A DNA stretch of 61,917 nt, filler included. It is 8 parts of 8 records of this genome, joined end to end, with 100 filler letters (N's around TTAATTAATTAA, not from the genome) between each part and the next. Parts side by side here need not be neighbours in the genome. Positions count along the whole stretch, not along the records: positions 1 to 5,467 come from SRR31156797_59561; positions 5,568 to 12,269 come from SRR31156797_59562; 6 more parts are not named here. One strand, given 5' to 3'. The notes beneath the pieces are model-generated. The model did no database searches. It worked only from the letters and a program-made list of their open reading frames with translations, and was not told the DNA's origin. Positions 1 through 9,119 of this stretch are shown piece after piece; the stretch's first letter is position 1; each line of letters starts with the position of its first letter. The translations under genes were made by a program, and so were the position numbers.

Positions 1-2
1 GC

Positions 3-782
3 ACTTTCGCTGACATTATGGGCGGAAATGGCATCATCAATATCTTCCTGGAACCCGGCTCCCAATTCATCCAGGCCATGGGCGGTTCCATCGGCATTAT
101 GAGTGGCGATATCGGAATCAATTTCCGTCCGGATCGCCGGGTGGGCACCGGAATCGGAGTCGTGAACCGTAATGTCGTCATCGATTTCCGCTCGGATCGC
201 GGGATGGGCATCGCCATCGGCGTTATGTGTCGCAATGTCGGCATCAATCTCGGCGCTAATCGCGGCCCGAATCACTGTATGCGCTGAAGCATCGGCGTTA
301 TGTTCGTCTAAATCGGTGTCTGTCAGGTAATGGTCACCATCGATTGTGACCGTTACGTTTGTCGCATTCGAAATCACCGTCACAAGATCAATAATTTGCT
401 CTACAGCTGTGGCCCCACCGGCCGCGGGGAGGTAATCCGGGTTTGAAGCGTATGCGATGGCATAAAGGATTTCGGCTTCCGCATCGTCCGGGTCTTCCGC
501 GAAAAGGCCTATCTCTCGGATGAAAAACCCTGATGCCATACCCGTATTGGTCAAAGTTCCGCGTATTGTTACCGTCCCGTCAGCCGGGTCCGGTATAATT
601 GCGGAAGTGGGAGCAATCGATTTTTTCTCGCTTTCCAGTGCGGTATAGCCTTCCAACCCGCCACTCGCTAATGTGCCATCGCCTAATGCAATCCGTGTGA
701 AATTCAACAATTCACCTGATTGCACTTGCGCCTGAAGATTCTTTCCTACATCGGTTAAAACCATGCCGCCAAAATCTGCCAT
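3..782 (-). CDS. Phage tail fibre protein, N-terminal part (tail-collar/DUF3751-like domain followed by His-containing repeats); runs off the window edge
   Basis: Missing from the ORF track because it has no stop. ATG at 782, 3 nt after the stop of 786..1502. Reads MADFGGMVLTDVGKNLQAQVQSGELLNFTRIALGDG...GFFIREIGLFAEDPD...ILYAIA, typical of tail-fibre N-termini. Frame is open to position 3. Confidence 0.85.
   Translation of the reverse strand, partial: MADFGGMVLTDVGKNLQAQVQSGELLNFTRIALGDGTLASGGLEGYTALESEKKSIAPTSAIIPDPADGTVTIRGTLTNTGMASGFFIREIGLFAEDPDDAEAEILYAIAYASNPDYLPAAGGATAVEQIIDLVTVISNATNVTVTIDGDHYLTDTDLDEHNADASAHTVIRAAISAEIDADIATHNADGDAHPAIRAEIDDDITVHDSDSGAHPAIRTEIDSDIATHNADGTAHGLDELGAGFQEDIDDAISAHNVSES
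76..312 (-). repeat. About four imperfect ~60-72-nt coding repeats, H(N/D)xDxxAHxxIRxEIDxDIxx, in the tail fibre
   Basis: Translation: HNADASAHTVIRAAISAEIDADIAT / HNADGDAHPAIRAEIDDDITV / HDSDSGAHPAIRTEIDSDIAT / HNADGTAH. Confidence 0.85.
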
Positions 783-785
783 CGT

Positions 786-1502
786 TTATGCTCCTTGTGA
801 GATGGTTATGGTGCTACCGAACCGAATACCCCCCCCAAAGTTTAAGTCCAGGGTTCCGTCTACATTTGGCATTGGGGGTTGAATGGTGTACGTTGTGCTG
901 AAAAATGGCGCGATCCCAATATAAATGGGATTCGTTCGTTTTCTGTTATAAACGGCCCCGTCATAGATGATATGCAGGGGCTTTATGGTATCCATCCGGT
1001 CATCCACATGGGCCTGGAAATCCTCTATGGAAATCCCCCGGGAAGTCATGTCGTCAATGTTGACGTTCAACCGGCCCCGGGAAGTCATGTGGTAACCCGA
1101 AAAATCGGATATCTCATCTTCCGGATAAAATGCATCCCCGTAGGCATCCGTCTTTTTCGCCCACAAAGGCATCCAGGTCACTTCCAATCCCAAGAACTTA
1201 CGGGCGAAGGTGGAAACAATGATGAATTCCGTATCCTTATAAAGCAGTTCCAGCTTCCGCCATGCCACGGCAATAGCCAGGTCCTCAGCCTTTGGTATGG
1301 CCTGGAAGAAATCCCCTAATTCTCCGATCTCCCTTTGAAGATCCACGGTATCAGCCGTATAGATGGACTTTGCACGTTTCATACGGTCAAGATCCGGGTC
1401 AAAGTTCTCTTCCCAGAGCTCTTGAATCGCTTCCGCAAACTGTATCCACCGAGGGGTATCAGCCTTGACAGGCGAGAGCCTCTTTTTCAGCCAATCAATC
1501 AT
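786..1502 (-). CDS. Baseplate/tail protein, P1 gp16-like
   Basis: 238 aa. Motifs WxxxRLxxxK, KSI, ELGxFF, TSRG and PLHIxxDG match P1 gp16 as recalled. Lies directly after the BplA-like gene. Confidence 0.75.
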   Translation of the reverse strand: MIDWLKKRLSPVKADTPRWIQFAEAIQELWEENFDPDLDRMKRAKSIYTADTVDLQREIGELGDFFQAIPKAEDLAIAVAWRKLELLYKDTEFIIVSTFARKFLGLEVTWMPLWAKKTDAYGDAFYPEDEISDFSGYHMTSRGRLNVNIDDMTSRGISIEDFQAHVDDRMDTIKPLHIIYDGAVYNRKRTNPIYIGIAPFFSTTYTIQPPMPNVDGTLDLNFGGGIRFGSTITISQGA

Positions 1503-3062
1503 TTACACATACTCCAGGGAAATGGTTGTGGTAGCCATATTGATATGAACCATATCGTTTAAATCAGTTGGGGTTGTGTCACCGGTAATGGTGATATTGT
1601 AATAAGCGCCTGAGTCACCAAAATATCCGGTTTCGCTGATCAAATCGTAAAAGTCTTTCAGGAAGATGTCCGTCTTCCGGTTCCTGGAATCCTTCCCGTA
1701 ATTGTTCGTCAAAATATCAATTATGGTCTGTTCCACGGTCGCTAAAACCAGGGTCCTCGAAACCTTCCCGGTTATCGCCAGGGAAAAGGTAACAAAATTC
1801 GGATCCGTCCATTCGTATTTCCGATTCAGAAGGGGCACGCCTCTGAGCGCTTCAAGGCATCTGTCTTCCAGGGTTTCAAATAACGCCCAATTGGTATCGG
1901 CGCCGGTCGGTTCCGTGTCACCACTGGTATGCGCGGTCACGCAGACAAGGGCCGTTCCATCGGTGATCAGCACCGTGTCATCAACCGCGTAAGCCGTATC
2001 GGCCGTCCAGTCACCTTGGGAGTTGTTCTGTTCATAGGCGGATATGAAAATCTTGTTGATGAAATCCACGTTCGCGGATCCGGCCGCCTCTTCCGCCTCT
2101 TCCTCCCCCCATACTTTGCACCAAAGGATATTTGGGAACTGCCTTCTCAGGAAAAAACGATAGTCTTCCCGCCATACCAGCCGTTCATTGTAAATAGGCC
2201 AGTAATGCAGGTTCTTTCTGAGTTCTTCGCCTTCCTCGCCTGATACACCACCCGTAATGGAGTTGATTGACGAAATACTCAGCACAACCTGCTCTTCATT
2301 GGAATCCAGAAGATCCCCAATAACATGCAATTCCTGCCCTGCAGCAAGGAAGGTAGGCCCTTCGGTCAACCACATATCAATCTGAACAATTGCACCCGCC
2401 GGCAGCATGGCGCCAAAAATGCCATTCCCGAATCGAATGCCGGTTTGCCCCGTGTGGGAGTAGAATTCATCAAAGACCAAAGCGTCCGCGTCTACGTTCT
2501 GGAAAAGTCTGGAATATGTCATCCCCTGGAAACCGTCACCATCCTGTAGGTCAACCGTGACAGAAAAAGAATTCAGCTTTTTTGTCACATCAACATCAAA
2601 CAGGGTCTCGTAAAAGGCTTTCTCTTCCGTAATCGTGTGGGAAATGACATTTTCTTTGATCTGTGCAATTTCAAGCGTTCCGCTTCCGCCGGAGGCCAGT
2701 ACCAAAGGGGCCATGGCCGCGTAATGAAACTGGGATCCGGATTCAAAGGCTTGCCCTTGCGGAATCGAAATTTGATATGCCCCATTATTGATGACCTGGG
2801 CAATACCGCTTGAAGCAATCGGTTTCCGGGGAAGGTATTCCCGGTCTTCCGCGTGAGCCCGAATACTGGATTCATTCAAGGCGGTTGATAGGAAAAATTC
2901 CTGCATGGACCTTTCAACATCATACATGCCTTGCCGAAGCGCCCAGCTTTGGAAGATGGAAAGATGATCGACAAATTGCGACCCTTTCAAGGCCGTCCAA
3001 TCAGCCTTTCCTTCCAGGATTTCCTGAAACTTGGCAAGTGCCTCTTCTTTACTGATCATCAT
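1503..3062 (-). CDS. Baseplate wedge protein, P1 BplA-like, with a CBM5/12-like insertion
   Basis: 519 aa. GSQFV, FLSTAxxxSSI, GIRFGNGIFG, LVWxxDYxFFL, KVWGE and INKIFIS follow P1 BplA as recalled. Confidence 0.8.
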   Translation of the reverse strand: MMISKEEALAKFQEILEGKADWTALKGSQFVDHLSIFQSWALRQGMYDVERSMQEFFLSTALNESSIRAHAEDREYLPRKPIASSGIAQVINNGAYQISIPQGQAFESGSQFHYAAMAPLVLASGGSGTLEIAQIKENVISHTITEEKAFYETLFDVDVTKKLNSFSVTVDLQDGDGFQGMTYSRLFQNVDADALVFDEFYSHTGQTGIRFGNGIFGAMLPAGAIVQIDMWLTEGPTFLAAGQELHVIGDLLDSNEEQVVLSISSINSITGGVSGEEGEELRKNLHYWPIYNERLVWREDYRFFLRRQFPNILWCKVWGEEEAEEAAGSANVDFINKIFISAYEQNNSQGDWTADTAYAVDDTVLITDGTALVCVTAHTSGDTEPTGADTNWALFETLEDRCLEALRGVPLLNRKYEWTDPNFVTFSLAITGKVSRTLVLATVEQTIIDILTNNYGKDSRNRKTDIFLKDFYDLISETGYFGDSGAYYNITITGDTTPTDLNDMVHINMATTTISLEYV

Positions 3063-3406
3063 AAAAGTACCTCACCTGCGGATGTTCCGATCTGGTGATT
3101 GATAATCACCTTGCAACGGTAGATGTCTATGGGTTCCACTGCGACGCTTTGGAGGACGATATCCCGGATATCCACCGGTAATTTATTCAGGATGGCCAGT
3201 TTGATTTTAATCTCAAGAATCGCGTCCAAAGGGTCATGTTTGAACTGCCCTAAGTTGTGTCCCCATGATGGATGATCGGCTACGGACCCTTCCGGGGTTT
3301 CGAACCATTCGTTAATCCGGTCATCCATTGCCGGGCCGTCAAACAGATGTTCAATACCGGTATCGGGGTCAATGTTGATTAAATGATGTAGCTCTTCAAT
3401 ACCCAT
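3059..3406 (-). CDS. Baseplate gp25/GPW-like wedge initiator (P1 PmgA-like)
   Basis: 115 aa with WFETPEGSVADHPSWGHNL. Size and position between tape measure and baseplate fit; overlaps both neighbours. Confidence 0.75.
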   Translation of the reverse strand: MGIEELHHLINIDPDTGIEHLFDGPAMDDRINEWFETPEGSVADHPSWGHNLGQFKHDPLDAILEIKIKLAILNKLPVDIRDIVLQSVAVEPIDIYRCKVIINHQIGTSAGEVLL

Positions 3407-5466
3407 CAGATCCTGTCATATGCCATGAGCGTTAACATGGAGTCCTCGAAATCCGCCTTGAGGTTGCTTTTTGCCGCGGTCGGTTGCTGGTCAGGGCTTA
3501 CGGATGTAGATGGTGCTTTCTGGTTTTTTTCAAGCGCCCGGATCAGTCGGTTCAGTTTGGTATTATCTACTTTTTCAGGTGCCCTTCCGGGTTTTGCCGT
3601 TTCGGGTTGTGTCCTCCGGTCTTTTATCCGGTCAACTTTCGGTAGGGGTTCCTTATGGATTTTTGTAACGGGAGCCCCGGGGGATTTTTGAGACGCAATG
3701 GGTTGCGGGGCAACCGCGGCCACCGCAACCTGTGCCTTTGCCTCATCCTGCCCGGTCAACCATTTGAAGATGGATTTTACACTTTCGGTAACGGTCGCAA
3801 TCGGTTCTGAAATAGCCTGTTGAACCGCATCTTTTTCACCATCCTTTTCATCCGTAAGGCCTAAAGCGCCGCCAATCCATGACCCGGCCCCATGAATGCC
3901 TTTGGCGATGTCGGCTGTATCCGTGTCTATGCCAAACATGCTTAAAAGCCCGGTTCCAAGGCCGCCCATGTCAAGCACATTCGCCAGTGATGAGGATGCT
4001 TTTTGCCCGGTTGTAGCCTCTTGCCCTTCCTTCAGGTCAAAGGCCCGGGCCTGCATGTCTTTATCGTTCCATCCCTGGAAAGCGTCATAGCCCGCCATGC
4101 CCACGGCCGCCAGGGGCCCTAAAGCCCGCAACCCGAACCCGGCGCCCTTCATCCCCAGCTTGGCAGCACCTTTTAAGCCGACCTTGGATGCTGTTTGGGT
4201 CGCCGGTTTGGCCGCGGCCGGCACCGCTTTTGCCGTTGCCATGGTGGAAGAAACGGCTTTTTCTGTCACCATGTCGGTAACAGGGGAATCTTCCCCTCCC
4301 AAAAGACCGCTCAGGAGCCCGCCGCCGATCCCGAGGCCGCCAATAAGACCGGCAATCTTCCCTATCTTTCCACGTCCGCCCGATTTGGAGGTGGGTAATG
4401 ATGTCCCGGCTTTAGGCGTTTTAATGGTCCCCATGGCACCCTTACGCCGTTTGCGTTCAACCATTTCGCCCGGGCGGGCTTTTTTATCTTTTGTGGGTTT
4501 GGTGGTAGTCTGATCCGGTTTCTGGTTGATGTTTCGTACCGCATCCAGGGTCGTCTTTTGGTCCTTTTGAATTTGGGTAATGTTTTTGGAATTCTGTCGC
4601 CGGATGCCGTCTCTTTGAATGCGCGGTTTCCCCCTTGATACATTCGCTTTCCGGGCTTTCTTGGCTTTCCGGTCCTTTACACTACGGAAAGCATCTCGCC
4701 CACGGCGCAACATTCCCAGCTTTCCGCCCATGCTGATCCCCTTTACAGCGGCAATCAATTCCTTATGGCGCGAATCCTCTTCTCGGTCGGAATCTTTCAG
4801 GGATTCAACCGTCTGTATCCCAAGATCAGACAATTTGAGGGCAACCTGTTTTTGTTCCTCAATGTTCGCCGCGTTTTTCCGGTCGCGCACCCTGGTTTTT
4901 GCATCCGGTTTCGTGGCGGATTTAGCGCCTTTGGTGGCGATATAATGGCCTTTCGCATCCCGCAGCCGGCCTTTTGCATCCCTTTTGGCGCCGGCGGGGA
5001 TTTTCTCCTTATCGCCTCTCCCTTTCAGCATGCCCTTGACGTTTTTCAGCTTTCCAAAATCCGTGTTGTCTTTAACTTCTTTGACTTCCTTGACAACATC
5101 CCACAAGGGGCCGCCCACGGCCGTGCCCACGATATCGGTAAGATCCTGATCCTGAAGTGCATTGGCGGCAACACCAACGCCCGCGGACCCAACATTAACC
5201 ATGGCATCCTTGACACCGCCAAGGAGTTTCCGGTCTTTAACTCGCTCAGTTTCAGCATGACGGGCGTCCAGTGCTTTCTGACTGGCTGTCTGTGCCTTTT
5301 CCTGTTTTTTGACAGGCTGTTTCGGTTCAGCCTTTTGGGTGGGGGTTACTTTGCTTGTCTGTGCTTTCCCTGGGGCTTTCGCTTCTGTTTTCGGGGCCTG
5401 AATTCGCCTTACTGTGGGCTGATCTGTTTTGACGAATACTTCCGCCCTGGGTTCAGGGGAGCGGCC
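3406..5466 (-). CDS. Tape-measure-like protein (P1 Sit-like), 5'-truncated
   Basis: The frame of ORF 3406..5202 stays open up to the contig end at 5466. Contains the blocks GTAVGGPLW and GQEATTGQKASSSLANVLDMGG. Gly/Ala/Lys-rich. Confidence 0.7.
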   Translation of the reverse strand, partial: GRSPEPRAEVFVKTDQPTVRRIQAPKTEAKAPGKAQTSKVTPTQKAEPKQPVKKQEKAQTASQKALDARHAETERVKDRKLLGGVKDAMVNVGSAGVGVAANALQDQDLTDIVGTAVGGPLWDVVKEVKEVKDNTDFGKLKNVKGMLKGRGDKEKIPAGAKRDAKGRLRDAKGHYIATKGAKSATKPDAKTRVRDRKNAANIEEQKQVALKLSDLGIQTVESLKDSDREEDSRHKELIAAVKGISMGGKLGMLRRGRDAFRSVKDRKAKKARKANVSRGKPRIQRDGIRRQNSKNITQIQKDQKTTLDAVRNINQKPDQTTTKPTKDKKARPGEMVERKRRKGAMGTIKTPKAGTSLPTSKSGGRGKIGKIAGLIGGLGIGGGLLSGLLGGEDSPVTDMVTEKAVSSTMATAKAVPAAAKPATQTASKVGLKGAAKLGMKGAGFGLRALGPLAAVGMAGYDAFQGWNDKDMQARAFDLKEGQEATTGQKASSSLANVLDMGGLGTGLLSMFGIDTDTADIAKGIHGAGSWIGGALGLTDEKDGEKDAVQQAISEPIATVTESVKSIFKWLTGQDEAKAQVAVAAVAPQPIASQKSPGAPVTKIHKEPLPKVDRIKDRRTQPETAKPGRAPEKVDNTKLNRLIRALEKNQKAPSTSVSPDQQPTAAKSNLKADFEDSMLTLMAYDRI

Positions 5467-5467
5467 C

Positions 5468-5567
5468 NNNNNNNNNNNNNNNNNNNNNNNNNNNNNNNNN
5501 NNNNNNNNNNNTTAATTAATTAANNNNNNNNNNNNNNNNNNNNNNNNNNNNNNNNNNNNNNNNNNNN
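5468..5567. other. Artificial contig spacer
   Basis: N run, TTAATTAATTAA (stops in all six frames), N run; 100 nt. Confidence 0.99.
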
Positions 5568-7010
5568 GTCCTCGGCCATGCGCTTGGTCAGGGTGGTGAC
5601 CAGGACGCGCTCGGCCCGCGCCGCGCAGGCCTTGGCTTCGGCCAGCAGGTCGTCGACCTGGGTTTCGACCGGGCGGATTTCGCACAAGGGATCGATCAGG
5701 CCGGTCGGCCGTACCACCTGATCGATGCATTCGCCGCCGGTCTGTTCCAGTTCCCACGGCCCCGGTGTGGCCGAAACGAACACCGTTTGCGGCCGCATGC
5801 GTTCCCATTCCTCGAAGCGGAGCGGCCGATTGTCGATACAACTGGGCAGGCGGAAGCCGAATTCGGCCAGGGTTGCCTTGCGGTTGAAGTCGCCCCGGAA
5901 CATGCCGCCCAGCTGTGGCACCGTGACGTGGCTTTCATCGACCACCAGCAATGCGTTTTCAGGCAGGTATTCGAACAGGGTCGGCGGCGGTTCGCCCGGA
6001 TTGCGCCCGGTCAGGTAGCGCGAATAGTTTTCGATGCCGGAACAGAACCCCTGAGTTTCCAGCATTTCGAGATCGAAGGTCGTGCGTTCCTCGATGCGTT
6101 GCGCCTCGATGAACCTGCCGGCCGCCGTGAAATCCTCGATTCTCGCCTTCAGTTCCTTTCTGATCGCCGGCATGGCTTGTAACAGCGTCGGGCGCGGCGT
6201 CACGTAGTGGCTGTTCGGATAGATGGTGACGGTTTCCAGCGTCCCGGTCTTTTCGCCGGTCAGGGGATCGATTTCCCAGATCGCTTCCAGATCGTCGCCG
6301 AAAAAGCTGAGGCGCCAGGCCCGGTCCTCGTAGTGCGACGGAAACAGTTCGATCACATCGCCGCGGACCCGGAAGGCGCCGCGGTGCAGGTCGTTGTCGT
6401 TGCGCCGGTATTGCAGTTCGACCAGGCTTTTCATCAGGTCGCGCACCGGCACCGCCGTGCCGGCGGCCAGTTCGATGACCATCTGGGAATAGGTTTCGAC
6501 CGAGCCGATGCCGTAGATGCAGGAGACCGAGGCGACGATGATGACGTCGTTGCGTTCCAAGAGCGCCCGGGTCGCCGAATGGCGCATGCGGTCGATCTGT
6601 TCGTTGACCGACGAATCCTTCTCGATATAGGTGTCCGAGCGCGGCACGTAGGCTTCGGGCTGGTAATAGTCGTAATAGGAAACGAAATATTCGACCGCGT
6701 TTTCCGGGAAGAAGCTTTTCATTTCGCCGTAAAGCTGGGCGGCCAGGGTCTTGTTCGGCGCCAGCACCAGGGCCGGGCGCTGGGCTGCGGCAATGACGTG
6801 GGCCATGGTGAAGGTCTTGCCCGATCCGGTAACGCCGAGCAGCACCTGGTTGACCTCGCCGTTGGTGACGCCTTCCAACAGCTTTTCGATCGCCTGCGGC
6901 TGATCGCCGGCGGGCTCGAACTCGCTGACCAGCTTGAAGGGCGTGCCGCCGGATACGGCGGCGCGGCGCGGCGGGCTGAATTCGGGAAAGACATCGATTT
7001 CCGGGCGCAT
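5568..7010 (-). CDS. uvrB: Excinuclease ABC subunit B, 3'-truncated
   Basis: [44 protein letters not shown]. Start placed at ATG 7010 from promoter geometry; the track gives 7025. Confidence 0.97.
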
Positions 7011-7016
7011 GGGATT

Positions 7017-7045
7017 CATGTGCACCCTGAAGGCGCACGTGTCAA
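7017..7045 (-). promoter_or_regulatory. sigma70-type promoter of uvrB, probably leaderless
   Basis: Minus strand TTGACA-17 nt-CACATG, then 6 nt to ATG 7010; no Shine-Dalgarno. Confidence 0.5.
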
Positions 7046-7153
7046 CGGGGGGGGGCGTTACATCGAGCGCTTCGAATGGGTTCGATCGTTACCTTCCTGT
7101 TTCGTTGAAGGCGGATACCATGAAATTCATGGTTGCACGGCATTGCCGAACGG

Positions 7154-7192
7154 CGTATGAAGCAATCATACGAATTAATTTTTTGTCATACG
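7154..7192 (+). promoter_or_regulatory. Three CGTATGA/TCATACG half-sites (NikR-like operator candidate)
   Basis: CGTATGA 7154-7160, TCATACG 7166-7172 and TCATACG 7186-7192, just before the methyltransferase-ABC operon. Confidence 0.4.
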
Positions 7193-7198
7193 AACTGA

Positions 7199-8068
7199 AT
7201 GCCCGACATTTCCAACTCTTTCCCGAAACGCCATGCGCGCGTCTGTTCCGAGGTTGGGCAGGCGGCTGAACCGGATTGCGGAGCCCTTTGGCTTGACGGG
7301 CGCAAGGGGTCGACCTGGGGACGGCGTCACACCTATTCTCCGGCGGTATGGGACGCCCATTGGAGGCGGCAAAACCGGACATTCGATCAGTCGGCGCGAA
7401 TGGCCTGGATACTTGAACGGCTGCCCCTGGCGTCGCGATCGAACATCCTTGATGTCGCCTGCGGCGCCGGCCTGTTGGTCCTGCCGTTGGCACGGGCGGG
7501 ACATTCGGTAACAGGCGTCGATGTGTCTGCCGCCGGCATCGAACGCCTGAACAAGGCATCCCGGGCAGAGGGTCTGGAAAACCTGCGAACCATCGTTGGT
7601 GACTGGCTGCGCCTCGATTTCGATTCTCTCGGAGGACCGTTCGATCTTGCGGTGGTTTCCTACGGTCTGGGCGCCGTCACGCCGCGCCCCTTTCTGGAAC
7701 GCATGTTCGCGGTTGCCGGTACGGTCGCCGTGATCGAGCCGGCCGGTCCGCGCCACTGGCATCATCCCGAATTCTGGCCTCTTCTCGACGGGCAGCGCTT
7801 CGAACCGGGGCCGGATCATACGATGATCGAGGCTCTGCTGCGGCAGATGGGATACGCGCCGCGCGTCGATACCGGCGTCTACGACACGGCTATTTCCTTT
7901 TCCGATTTCAACGAGGCCGTCGGCTGGTTGCTGGGTTGCGTGGGTGTCGCGCCGGAATCCGGCCTGGAAGCGGCGCATCAATACCTGAAGCCGCTGTTGC
8001 GGCGTTCGGGGAACGGGTTCGTTCTCGAACAACGACAGTCCATCGCCATGCTTACCGTAGCGCCATAA
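7199..8068 (+). CDS. Class I SAM-dependent methyltransferase
   Basis: ILDVACGAG motif I, VTGVDVS, FDLAV. First gene of the ABC operon. Confidence 0.88.
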   Translation: MPDISNSFPKRHARVCSEVGQAAEPDCGALWLDGRKGSTWGRRHTYSPAVWDAHWRRQNRTFDQSARMAWILERLPLASRSNILDVACGAGLLVLPLARAGHSVTGVDVSAAGIERLNKASRAEGLENLRTIVGDWLRLDFDSLGGPFDLAVVSYGLGAVTPRPFLERMFAVAGTVAVIEPAGPRHWHHPEFWPLLDGQRFEPGPDHTMIEALLRQMGYAPRVDTGVYDTAISFSDFNEAVGWLLGCVGVAPESGLEAAHQYLKPLLRRSGNGFVLEQRQSIAMLTVAP

Positions 8069-8084
8069 ACGACGGAGGAAACAC

Positions 8085-9119
8085 ATGCGTTCACGCCGGT
8101 TTCTGTATGCCCTTTTTGCCCTGATTTTGGCGGCTCCGGCCGCCTGGGCCGGACCGATATCCCTGATCGACAGCAACGACCGGACGGTGATCTTGCCCGG
8201 TCCGGCCAAACGGGTGGTTTCGTTGATGATGGAAACGACCACCGTGATGTTGACGATGGGGATGGCGGACCGCCTGGTGGGTGTCGATAAAAGGTCCGCC
8301 GAGGATCTGGTCAACCGCATGGTCCGGTTCGACGAGAAACCCGTCCCGGCGGTCGGCGAGACCAAGGAACCGAATGTCGAACTCATCGTCTCGCTTCAGC
8401 CCGACCTGATCCTGACCTGGGGCGGGTACGGAACGGAATTGGCCGATTCCATTCAGGAACGCAGCGGCATTCCGGTCCTGTGTCTCCATACGCTGACGCG
8501 TTTCGACGGCCTGCGGGCCAACTATCGCCTGACCGCCGAAGCCCTGGGTATTCCGGAGGCGGCCGACGCACCGCTTGCCTACATGGACAGCGTCATCGGG
8601 CGCGTCACGACCGTTACCGACACGATTCCCATGGCCGAACGGCCGCGCGTGCATCTGTTGTTCTGGAGCTTCTGGAACGGGGTATCCCGCATTCCGATCT
8701 ATTACGATCCGGTCAAGGCGGCCGGCGGCATCAATATCGCCGGCGGGCAGACCGCCAATGTTTACGGCTATTCGGTGAAGGTGCCGGTCGAACAGGTGAT
8801 TGTCTGGAATCCCGATATCATCCTGATTCACGGGACACCGAAGTCTTCCAAGGTCAAGACCGAGCAGATCCTGCATGACCCGCGGATGGCCGACGTCAAC
8901 GCGGTTCTCAAGGGGCAGGTGCATTATACGCTGGGTATGCAAAGCGGTTGGCACATGCCGCGCAACCTGACCGAGATGCTGTACATGGCCAAGCGATTCC
9001 ACCCCGACAGGTTCGCGGATCTCGATCCGCAGGCCGAGGGGAATGCCATTTACGAACGGCTTTACGGCAAGCCGGGTTTGTGGACTGCGCGGGGTCGGGA
9101 ACTTGGTTTCATTGACTGA
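8085..9119 (+). CDS. Iron-siderophore/cobalamin-type ABC transporter substrate-binding protein
   Basis: Signal peptide, PAKRVVSL, PNVELIVSLQPDLIL, WNPDIIL, VNAVLKGQVH; GGAGG RBS. Confidence 0.92.
   Translation: MRSRRFLYALFALILAAPAAWAGPISLIDSNDRTVILPGPAKRVVSLMMETTTVMLTMGMADRLVGVDKRSAEDLVNRMVRFDEKPVPAVGETKEPNVELIVSLQPDLILTWGGYGTELADSIQERSGIPVLCLHTLTRFDGLRANYRLTAEALGIPEAADAPLAYMDSVIGRVTTVTDTIPMAERPRVHLLFWSFWNGVSRIPIYYDPVKAAGGINIAGGQTANVYGYSVKVPVEQVIVWNPDIILIHGTPKSSKVKTEQILHDPRMADVNAVLKGQVHYTLGMQSGWHMPRNLTEMLYMAKRFHPDRFADLDPQAEGNAIYERLYGKPGLWTARGRELGFID

Noticed and set aside
76-312. ~60-nt periodicity as a CRISPR array or DGR template/variable repeat
   Set aside because: The units are degenerate, in-frame coding repeats with no constant repeat plus unique spacer, and no cas or reverse transcriptase gene is on the contig.
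1035-1090. 16-nt direct repeat CCCCGGGAAGTCATGT
   Set aside because: It encodes MTSRG twice inside the gp16-like gene; nothing suggests an att or invertase site.
7026-7198. Cobalamin riboswitch or LexA box in the uvrB-methyltransferase gap
   Set aside because: No B12-box or GGGAA/CCCGC core, and no GTTC-N7-GTTC repeat.
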